From Halalkalibacterium halodurans (GTDB lineage Bacteria; Bacillota; Bacilli; Bacillales; Bacillaceae_D): a stretch of DNA of 18,417 nucleotides. The notes below the pieces were generated by a model, which was given only the letters and a program-made list of their open reading frames with translations, had not been told where the DNA came from and searched no databases. The translations under genes and the position numbers were made by a program. Location: the NCBI RefSeq assembly GCF_004376175.1, contig NZ_SNUY01000074.1, forward strand, positions 1-18,417. Direction: 5' to 3'. Below, piece by piece: positions 8,327 to 14,918 of the stretch; positions within the stretch are counted from its first letter, which is position 1; each line of letters starts with the position of its first letter.

Positions 8327-8391
8327 ATCCTCGCTTCATGGTAAGATAAAGTAGGTTTCCCGACCGCACCATCTCACCATAGAAGGAGGAT
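8327..8391 (+). promoter_or_regulatory. Leader stem-loop occluding the tnpA SD
   Basis: atcctcgcttcatggtaagat (8327-8347) pairs imperfectly with atctcaccatagaaggaggat (8371-8391). The stem segments are 6+4+5+4 bp with small bulges. The 3' arm contains aaggagg. Confidence 0.5.
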
Positions 8392-8397
8392 TGCCCA

Positions 8398-8868
8398 ATG
8401 AAGGACAAGAACAGTTTAGCACACACAACATGGAATTGTAAGTATCACATTGTGTTTGCGCCAAAGTATAGAAGGCAAATCATTTATGGAAAGTACAAGA
8501 AAAGTATCGGCCAAATCATTAGGGAATTGTGTGAACGAAAAGGTGTGACGATACACGAAGCTAATGCATGTCCGGATCACATCCATATGCTAGTAAGTAT
8601 TCCACCAAAGTTGAGTGTATCTCAATTTATGGGCTTTCTAAAAGGGAAGAGTAGTCTCATGATATTTGACCGACATGCTAACTTAAAATATAGATATGGA
8701 AATCGGAAATTTTGGTGTCGAGGGTTCTATGTTGATACGGTGGGGAGAAATAAGAAACAAATACAAGAATACATTAGAAATCAGCTAAGAGAAGACTACA
8801 TGGGAGATCAACTGACGCTGTTTGAAGAGTATGACCCATTTACAGGCGAGAAAAATGAGAAGAAATAA
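8398..8868 (+). CDS. tnpA: IS200/IS605 family Y1 (HUH) transposase TnpA
   Basis: The 156-aa ORF has the HUH motif in PDHIHMLVSIP. It also has KYHIVFAPKYRR and FWCRGFYVDTVG (the catalytic Tyr region). The SD aaggagg lies 8 nt upstream of the ATG. Confidence 0.92.
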   Translation: MKDKNSLAHTTWNCKYHIVFAPKYRRQIIYGKYKKSIGQIIRELCERKGVTIHEANACPDHIHMLVSIPPKLSVSQFMGFLKGKSSLMIFDRHANLKYRYGNRKFWCRGFYVDTVGRNKKQIQEYIRNQLREDYMGDQLTLFEEYDPFTGEKNEKK

Positions 8869-8995
8869 GAGATTCTTTAGAATCGGTGAGTAAATGTGGT
8901 GCAGAAGGGAAACCAATTCGGTGGGCCTTTTAGGCCGAGGCCGGCAACAAAGGCTTTTAGCCGAAGAGCAAACCACCAGTTCACACTGGTGGTTT

Positions 8996-9021
8996 TGATT
9001 TCACGGCGAATGTTTCACGCT
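8996..9021 (+). repeat. Repeat family R, copy a, right part (tandem tttcac half)
   Basis: tgatttcacggcgaatgtttcacgct matches the 3' half of copies b and c (ttgtttcacagcaaatgtttcacgggg). It lies immediately after the IS200 3' hairpin. Confidence 0.55.
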
Positions 9022-9132
9022 GCGGCATTATTAAATGAAATATCTCGAGCTGTAAAATCGTCTGTTCTTCCTGAAACAGAATCTTTATTTTTCCCCACCG
9101 AAATCATCAAGTGAAAGGGCAAGTCTTTTTAT

Positions 9133-9161
9133 TTTTCATAGGAAAATAGTTGGTGTATATT
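9133..9161 (+). promoter_or_regulatory. Candidate sigma-A promoter of the amidase (pseudo)gene
   Basis: The -35 is ttttca (9133-9138), followed by a 17-nt spacer and the -10 tatatt (9156-9161). It lies ~40 nt upstream of ATG 9203. Confidence 0.4.
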
Positions 9162-9166
9162 CGAGT

Positions 9167-9180
9167 TGTGAGCGGTAACA
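9167..9180 (+). promoter_or_regulatory. cre-like / LacI-family operator-like site
   Basis: tgtgagcggtaaca fits the cre consensus TGWAANCGNTNWCA at 13 of 14 positions. It resembles E. coli lacO (ttgtgagcggataacaa) minus one base. It sits between the -10 and the SD. Confidence 0.45.
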
Positions 9181-9202
9181 AAACTTGAGGGAGGCGAGGA
9201 AA

Positions 9203-10493
9203 ATGAAAGGGAAAGAGACGATTCTGGTTAATGAGTTTATCAATGGGGTGCTGGATCCTGAAGATGAAATGCTGGGGCCTGTGAAAGACGGGGGACATAT
9301 TGTTGCCAACACAACACCAGGCTGCTAGGGGCCGATGATCACTCCATGTCTTCGTGGCGGACATGAAGTTACGAAGCCTGTGTATGTGGAGGGTGCTGAA
9401 GTTGGTGACGCAATAGCGGTAAAAATCGAGTCGATCCGTGTTACTTCCATTGCTACTGCTTCTGGTCATGATCAGCCGGTGGAGGGGCGTTTTAACGGTG
9501 ATCCTTTCGTTGCGCCGAAATGTCCTAATTGCGGTACTGTGAATCCGGATACGAGAATAGAAGGAATCGGCCAGGAAGCAATCAGATGTGCCGAATGCGG
9601 CGAGGATATTACTCCTTTCAGATTTACGAATGCTTATACGATGACATTTAATGATGGAAAGCAGGTTGGGATTACATTAAACCAGCAGGGTGCTGAGAAA
9701 ATCGCCCATGATGGGAAACACTATATGTTGACTCCGGCAAACTCCGTTCAAAACCCGATTGTGACGTTTGCTCCCCATGATATTGTCGGGGCTATTGCGA
9801 GGCTTCGGCCATTCCTTGGTCAGCTGGGGACGACACCGGCAAGACCTATGCCTGATTCTCATAATGCCGGGGACTTCGGTTCGTTTCTCGTCGGTGCCCC
9901 CATGATTACACGTTAACGAAGGAAGAGCTGGAAGACCGGACGGGCATATGGACATTAACCGGGTCCGTGAAGGGGCGGTCCTCATTTGCCCGATGAAAGT
10001 TCCAGGCGGCGGTATTTATTTAGGTGATATGCATGCCATGCAAGGGGATGGGGAAATAGCCGGCCATACGACGGATGTTTCCGGCATCGTAACTCTGAAG
10101 GTGGAGGTTTTGAAGGGGCTCACGATTGACGGGCCAATTCTGCTGCCGGTGGAGGAAGATTTGCCATACTTGGCAAAACCGATCACTGCATCTGAGAGAA
10201 AACAGGCGGAACAGCTTGCTGCAGAGTGGGGAATGGAAAAGCAGTTAGAAGAGTCTCTGCCGCTGTCATTTATCGGTACGGGAGAAAACTTAAATGCTGC
10301 TACAGATAATGGAATGGAAAGAGCAGCTAAATTACTTGAGATGAGTGTGCCGGAAGTCATGAACCGGGCAACTATAACCGGATCCATTGAAATCGGCCGC
10401 CATCCAGGCGTCGTGACGGTAACCTTCCTTGTGCCAGTCGAACGTATAAAGAAACTAAAACTTGAAAAGTATGTTGCGGAGCAGTATATGTAG
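9203..10493 (+). pseudogene. Acetamidase/formamidase (FmdA_AmdA) family gene, disrupted
   Basis: ATG 9203 has SD ggagg. An in-frame TAG at 9326-9328 sits where the family has Trp (PGC*GPMITP). The reading frame changes from frame 2 (ends 9916) to frame 0 (track ORF from 9948). A C5 run at 9897-9901 is a candidate slip site. The conserved GDMHAMQGDGEIAGH lies in the last segment. Confidence 0.8.
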
Positions 10494-10494
10494 C

Positions 10495-10547
10495 GGTGGC
10501 CTGTCACCACCCGAATAATCTTGTTTCACAGCAAATGTTTCACGGGG
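10495..10547 (+). repeat. Repeat family R, copy b
   Basis: ggtggcctgtcaccacccgaataatcttgtttcacagcaaatgtttcacgggg starts 2 nt after the amidase stop codon. It is ~90% identical to copy c. A ggggcgg/ccgcccc hairpin follows at 10544-10572. Confidence 0.8.
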
Positions 10548-10731
10548 CGGATCTGGTGATACCTGCCGCCCCTATTAGTGTACATAATTTTTTTGGTGTT
10601 ATGGATTGAGTTAAACTTAAGTTTAGGGGTAGTGAAAGGAAGGACAACGAATGCCGCTGACTTATAAAAACTTCAGGAAATGATAATTATTATTTGCATA
10701 GTAAGTTGAACGGATTTTCATAATGCAACTC

Positions 10732-10750
10732 ATTCTTAGCAGCTAAGAAT
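10732..10750. promoter_or_regulatory. Perfect 19-bp palindrome, possible operator
   Basis: The sequence is attcttagc-a-gctaagaat. It lies 8 nt downstream of a possible -10 cataat (10719-10724). That -10 pairs with a -35 ttgcat (10694-10699), but the spacer is an atypical 19 nt. Confidence 0.3.
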
Positions 10751-10842
10751 AAGGTGCTGCCGATTTAAACCAGGTGCCAGGCGGGGTTGATATTTATGGA
10801 AATCCTCTTGGTCAGCATACAGCAAAATCTCCGCCAAAATTC

Positions 10843-10879
10843 TGGATATTAAAATGTATCGGTCGTATTATGGTATTAT
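10843..10879 (+). promoter_or_regulatory. Candidate sigma-A promoter(s) for the Hsp70 module
   Basis: One candidate has tggata (10843-10848), a 17-nt spacer and tattat (10866-10871). It overlaps an extended -10, tg-g-tattat (10871-10879). Both lie ~55-70 nt upstream of ATG 10935. Confidence 0.35.
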
Positions 10880-10890
10880 AAACGATAAAT

Positions 10891-10929
10891 GGGGGACGAG
10901 AGACCTGTCCCTCTGCCTCAAGGAGGGAT
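10891..10929 (+). promoter_or_regulatory. Alternative-pairing 5'-UTR element around the SD of the first gene
   Basis: gtccctc (10907-10913) can pair with the upstream gggggac (10891-10897; 7 bp, one G.U). It can alternatively pair with the downstream gagggat (10923-10929; 7 bp, one G.U), which is the SD. Confidence 0.35.
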
Positions 10930-10934
10930 TATTG

Positions 10935-12299
10935 ATGGACTATGCTCGGGAAAAGGAAAAATGGTATAAACAATTTATGGGTTCGTCCGTAGCTGAGCAG
11001 TATACTTTGGTTATGGATTTATTGAGAAATCAGCCGGATGATGAGATGTTAATAAATGATGATTTCGGGATCATCCTTGTGGATTTAAAAGAGGGCCTTT
11101 TCAGAAGGAAACGTTTCGATGACACGATTGAATTAATTGACGTATTAAAAGTGAATACGCCTCAGTTTTATGCAGAAGAGGTTAACTATCTTTCTGACGC
11201 GCCTATACAATATTATTTATATAAAAATGATATTGAGAAGGTAAGGGAATATTTTCAGGCGTATATCGGCAATCCTTCCAAAGCACCAGAGGTATTTATT
11301 CATTTATTTAACAAACTGCTGTTATACAAACAAACGGATTTAGCGATAGAAATTGCGGAAGCTGTATGGAGGAAAATAGCGGAGAGTCCGGATTTAATCT
11401 ATGGAGCGGAAGGAGACTTCAAAGAGGCAATTATCAATCAGGAATTTCAGGAATACTATCTCAGCCTGTTGAGTGATAGTGGTAATTCTGACGTGAAACT
11501 TATTCAGATGAAGAAGAAATTTGAAGGATTAAATGTCGCGCCAGGCTTTCTGGATAAAAGTTTGCCCCTTGCTTTAACAGCTCTTAAACGAATATCCGAA
11601 CGGGAGGCCGGCCCTGTTTTTGAGAAAAAGGATTGGGATACACACCTTGAGGCTGCTCCAAGTGATGCAGTTTATCAACTATCCTGGGCGTTCGCCGCAT
11701 ACATGCTTTTCGGGAAAAAAATCCCATTTACAGCCAGCCTGAAGATTTGGCGGGAGTTCCTGAAGGTTCTGACTGTAAGTAAAGCAGGAGGTGTTTCCTT
11801 TGACCTGAACACCTCAGATTTTAAGCAAGAAACCGGCGATTTATTAACAGGTATAGGCACCGGGGAAACAGGATTTATGCTCCTTTGGGGACTACCATAT
11901 ATTTATGACTTTTTGGAACAGGAGCAGTTAATTGCTCAAGATGTAAAACAAGAGGCGTTAAACACTATTCAGGCTGGAAAAAATGACGCGATTAAATATT
12001 ATAGCAGCCAACTTTGGAGATTTAATTTTGTACATGTATGGGAAAAGCCGGATTGTATAACTGAGGAAGAATTTACCGGGGAAAAAGCGATGTTCAGAGA
12101 AACCTTTACATCTCCTCCAGAGATGGACGATAAACCAGCATTCAGTAACTTTAACGGTTATTTATCCAGTGAAAGCAAGTCTTTATTTGACAATGCGCCC
12201 TTTGGAAATAAATCAGGTTCGAAAAGAAAAGGACCATCGAAAAAACAAAAAACAAAAAAAAGGAAGGATGCGAAAAAGCAGCGGAGAAAAAATCGTTAA
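10935..12299 (+). CDS. Hypothetical 455-aa all-helical protein with a poly-Lys/Arg C-terminal tail (first gene of the Hsp70 module)
   Basis: I preferred ATG 10935 to the track start at 10854, because aaggaggg lies 7 nt upstream of it. I recognise no motif. The last 30 aa are KSGSKRKGPSKKQKTKKRKDAKKQRRKNR. Confidence 0.75.
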   Translation: MDYAREKEKWYKQFMGSSVAEQYTLVMDLLRNQPDDEMLINDDFGIILVDLKEGLFRRKRFDDTIELIDVLKVNTPQFYAEEVNYLSDAPIQYYLYKNDIEKVREYFQAYIGNPSKAPEVFIHLFNKLLLYKQTDLAIEIAEAVWRKIAESPDLIYGAEGDFKEAIINQEFQEYYLSLLSDSGNSDVKLIQMKKKFEGLNVAPGFLDKSLPLALTALKRISEREAGPVFEKKDWDTHLEAAPSDAVYQLSWAFAAYMLFGKKIPFTASLKIWREFLKVLTVSKAGGVSFDLNTSDFKQETGDLLTGIGTGETGFMLLWGLPYIYDFLEQEQLIAQDVKQEALNTIQAGKNDAIKYYSSQLWRFNFVHVWEKPDCITEEEFTGEKAMFRETFTSPPEMDDKPAFSNFNGYLSSESKSLFDNAPFGNKSGSKRKGPSKKQKTKKRKDAKKQRRKNR

Positions 12300-12370
12300 T
12301 TGGTTAATAAACATGCTGTTGATAATCGAAGCCTTCAGTCAATCTTCATACAGAAAGAAGGAAACAGGGA

Positions 12371-12922
12371 ATGAAATTTATGTTCTGGAAAAAAGAAGAA
12401 AGTCTGCTTATACAAGAGCTTAGGGAAGCAAGGGAACAATTTTCTTCCATGGAAGAAAAACTTTCTGATATGGACAAGCAGATTCAAAAGGCGACCCGGC
12501 TCCAGTATAAAACAGGGAAAAATATCGAAGGGAAACTCGGCGATATAGGAAGTTTATTAGACGCGAGGAAAGAAACCGGAACCGTTCCTCTGAGCGATGC
12601 AGCCATTGAGAAACTGATCCGGCAGGTGGATGATATGGATCTTGTCCATGCCGGTTTGGCTGAGGACACACAGTGGGCTGAGCTATTAATAAAATGGAAG
12701 GATTCTCTATTATCGCTCCTTGCTGAAGCGGGAGTGCGTGACAGCGTCCGCCCGGGAGACATGTTCGACCCTGCGTTAGCGGAAGCGGTGGAGGCAGTCG
12801 AACTTGCTGAACCGCACCGTCCTTTTGAGGTATTTCGCGTTTATAAAAGGACTTTCACAAATTCATCTGGAGAAGTAATCAGAAAAGGACAAGTTGCAAC
12901 TGTAAAGGAGGAAAGGAAATGA
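12371..12922 (+). CDS. GrpE-like nucleotide exchange factor (divergent)
   Basis: The 183-aa size is GrpE-like and the N-terminus is a coiled coil. The C-terminus [24 protein letters not shown]...[26 protein letters not shown] aligns by eye with B. subtilis GrpE [24 protein letters not shown]...LQKGYKLKDRVLRPAMVKV. Its stop overlaps the hsp70 start (ATGA). Confidence 0.7.
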   Translation: MKFMFWKKEESLLIQELREAREQFSSMEEKLSDMDKQIQKATRLQYKTGKNIEGKLGDIGSLLDARKETGTVPLSDAAIEKLIRQVDDMDLVHAGLAEDTQWAELLIKWKDSLLSLLAEAGVRDSVRPGDMFDPALAEAVEAVELAEPHRPFEVFRVYKRTFTNSSGEVIRKGQVATVKEERK

Positions 12923-14769
12923 CACCAACAAAAAATTCCGCAGAGAACTCGTTTCGGCCGATTGTAGGTATTGATTTAGGCACGACAAATTCCGCGGCCG
13001 CCTATATTCACAAACAGAAGCCCAAAATGCTTACGCTGAAAAATGGTGAACGTTTGATGCCCTCCGTCGTACTTTTAAATCAAAATGGGCAGATAATCGC
13101 CGGAGAAGAGGCGCGGAACGCCCTTGTTGCCATGCCTGAGCGAACGAAAGCGGCTGTGAAAAGAAGCATGGGCGAAAAGATAACTTTTTCCATGGGGGAC
13201 CAGGCATATACTCCCGAAGAATTATCTGCTTTTATTTTAAAAGAAATTAAAAGATCGGTTGATAAAGAGCTTGGAGAAGGCGATAAGGAAGCTGTCATCA
13301 CTGTGCCGGCCTATTTTACGAATGCCCAGCGGCAAGCTGTTAAAAAGGCTGGCGAGCTTGCAGGCTTTGTCGTGGAGAGAATTATAAATGAACCGACTGC
13401 CGCGGCTCTCGCGTACGGTCTGCAGCAAGGGGATGAAGACAAGCATATTCTCGTTTATGATCTGGGTGGAGGCACCTTTGATGTTTCTATCGTGGAGCTT
13501 ATGGGGGGAATCATGGAGGTCAAGGCTTCCGCCGGAAATAACCAGCTTGGGGGCGAGGATTTTGACTGGCTTCTTGTGGACTGGCTGGCGGATAAAGTGG
13601 TGGCTGAACATGGCACAGACCCACGGGAAGACATTCGAGGGAAAGCACGTTTGAAGGAAGAAGCGGAGAAAATAAAAAAGGACTTATCGTTTCAAAGCTC
13701 TGTTGACGTATCGGTTCCGGTTATTACTGTGAAAAATAACGCGCCTGTTGGACTGGATTGCACTATACAAAGGGAGGAATTCGTCTCACTTATCACTCCG
13801 CTGCTGGATGAAACAAAGGAAAAACTTAGTCATGTTTTAGAGGATGCCGGCCTCGCGCCAGGTGATGTGGACGAGATTCTCCTTGTTGGCGGATCAACGA
13901 AAATTCCTCAAGTGCAACAGCTCATCACCTCATTTTTTAATAAGCAGCCAAAAACGGATATTAACCCGGACGAAGCGGTAGCATTAGGTGCTGCTGTCCA
14001 GGCGGGAATAAAATCCGGGGCGTTTTCTGATAATGGGCTCATCGTCACTGACGTTGCCCCATTTTCGATGGGAATTGCTGTGTTAAGCGCCCAGCCAGGG
14101 AACGTTGGTAAACCTGGGGCGTTCCATGCGATTATTCCCCGCAATACGACGATTCCCGTGACTCGGACGGAAAGATATACGACAACTTCCCATAACCAGC
14201 CGGGGGTGGAGATTGAAATCTATCAAGGGGAAAATAAATGGGTCAAGGATAACTACTTTCTCAATGAGTTTCTGCTGGAGGGGCTTCCTTTAAAGCCTGC
14301 AGGCGAAGAAGCGGTGGATGTCACCTTCCGCTATAACCTTAACGGAATACTTGAAGTAAGCGCGAAGAGTGTGAGCACCGGGGCGGAAATGAGTGTTACT
14401 ATTGAAGATGCTTTAGACAGAAGTTCAGAAGAGGCGTTTTATGACAGCCTGGCTAAAGTGGAAGCGGCTTTCCAGCCGGAGGAGCACGAGGATGCATCCG
14501 ATGAAGAGCTTAACTTGTTCACTCCTTTGGAAAATGACAATCAAGAAGAAGGCAGAGAAAGACCGGACTCTCTTCAGGACCTTATTAAAGAAGCGGATGA
14601 ATGGAAAAGACGTTTTACAAAAGAACTGGAAAATCGTGACGGCGAAACGGAAAAACAGATAAATGCGGTGATTAACAGATTAGCTGCGGCGGCAGAAGAA
14701 AAAAACACGGAGGTTCTTAACGAAGCGATTGAGAGCGCCATCGACTTAGCTGTCGACCTGGAACTGTAA
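12919..14769 (+). CDS. Hsp70 family ATPase, non-housekeeping DnaK paralogue
   Basis: The protein has [52 protein letters not shown] and [14 protein letters not shown]. The SBD ([13 protein letters not shown]...) is present. It has a divergent N-terminal extension and an acidic C-terminal region. The SD aaaggagg precedes the ATG. Confidence 0.92.
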   Translation: MTPTKNSAENSFRPIVGIDLGTTNSAAAYIHKQKPKMLTLKNGERLMPSVVLLNQNGQIIAGEEARNALVAMPERTKAAVKRSMGEKITFSMGDQAYTPEELSAFILKEIKRSVDKELGEGDKEAVITVPAYFTNAQRQAVKKAGELAGFVVERIINEPTAAALAYGLQQGDEDKHILVYDLGGGTFDVSIVELMGGIMEVKASAGNNQLGGEDFDWLLVDWLADKVVAEHGTDPREDIRGKARLKEEAEKIKKDLSFQSSVDVSVPVITVKNNAPVGLDCTIQREEFVSLITPLLDETKEKLSHVLEDAGLAPGDVDEILLVGGSTKIPQVQQLITSFFNKQPKTDINPDEAVALGAAVQAGIKSGAFSDNGLIVTDVAPFSMGIAVLSAQPGNVGKPGAFHAIIPRNTTIPVTRTERYTTTSHNQPGVEIEIYQGENKWVKDNYFLNEFLLEGLPLKPAGEEAVDVTFRYNLNGILEVSAKSVSTGAEMSVTIEDALDRSSEEAFYDSLAKVEAAFQPEEHEDASDEELNLFTPLENDNQEEGRERPDSLQDLIKEADEWKRRFTKELENRDGETEKQINAVINRLAAAAEEKNTEVLNEAIESAIDLAVDLEL

Positions 14770-14918
14770 TATGCCTCTGGAATTTTAATAAAAGCATATT
14801 TTCTAAAAACCCGAAGTTTCCAGGAGGAAGGCTTGCTTTTTTAGAGCAGGAGGCATATCCATTAAAAAAAAACGGTTTTGATTCTGAGAATAAAGAGTAT
14901 ATAGAAGGAGGGTTTTCT

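Larger units (their letters stand above)
8302..8996 (+). mobile_element. IS200-like element (~0.7 kb) directly abutting the IS1182 end; boundaries approximate
   Basis: The element has a tnpA only and is of IS200-like size. It has a 5' leader hairpin and a 3' perfect hairpin: aaaccaccagt (8970-8980), loop tcac, actggtggttt (8985-8995). Confidence 0.65.

Noticed and set aside
6473-9000. TTTTGA on both outer flanks of the IS1182+IS200 pair (6475-6480 and 8993-8998) as a target-site duplication of a composite insertion.
   Set aside because: The right-hand copy overlaps the IS200 3' hairpin stem. IS200-type elements do not make duplications, and the IS1182 right IR lies to the left of IS200. The match is short and ambiguous.
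9067-9079. An exact 13-mer, cttcctgaaacag, is shared with the IS1182 internal hairpin (6573-6585). This hints at an IS1182 remnant near 9061-9082, which also forms a small tctgtt/aacaga hairpin with a T-rich tail.
   Set aside because: The window contains about 3.4e8 position pairs over both strands, and 4^13 is about 6.7e7. Several exact 13-mer matches are therefore expected by chance, and no similarity extends beyond the 13-mer.
9326-9328. The in-frame TAG in the amidase gene as programmed recoding (read-through or pyrrolysine).
   Set aside because: There is no recoding context or machinery in view. The codon is one transition from the expected Trp TGG, and the same gene also carries frameshift(s). 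A pseudogene is the simpler explanation.
10016-10510. Long antisense ORFs opposite real genes, for example 10016-10510, 1409-1678, 13237-13611, 2299-2658, 5191-5523 and 6817-7107.
   Set aside because: These are shadow ORFs fully embedded opposite genes with clear homology. They have no SD and low-complexity or odd composition.
10544-10572. The ggggcgg...ccgcccc hairpin after R copy b as the amidase terminator.
   Set aside because: It has a 7-bp stem, a 15-nt loop and no U-tract (tail tattagtg). It is kept only as part of the R-repeat description.
10651-10683. A 10-codon micro-ORF (MPLTYKNFRK*) with a good SD (aaaggaagg) in the long intergenic region upstream of the Hsp70 module.
   Set aside because: It is too short to support from sequence alone, and it lies upstream of both candidate promoters. 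It is noted only as something to check in ribosome profiling.
10732-10750. A genuine CIRCE (HrcA) operator upstream of the Hsp70 module.
   Set aside because: Only the outer TTAGCA/GCTAA bases match. The inner arm bases (CTC/GAG) and the 9-nt spacer are absent, so it does not fit the CIRCE consensus.
10854-10934. The track start (ATG 10854) for the first Hsp70-module gene, and likewise the track start at 5677 for the coiled-coil zinc-ribbon gene.
   Set aside because: Neither has an SD. The internal ATGs at 10935 and 5620 are each preceded by a strong SD at proper spacing. The extra N-terminal residues also overlap the predicted promoter and leader sequence.
14769-14858. A 9-bp long-range inverted repeat (atatgcctc / gaggcatat) and an inner ctggaa/ttccag pair in the 149-nt spacer between hsp70 and the J-protein gene. 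It could be an internal terminator or attenuator.
   Set aside because: The stems are short and enclose very large loops. No GC-rich hairpin immediately precedes the T-run at 14837-14842. I cannot call a terminator or processing site from this.
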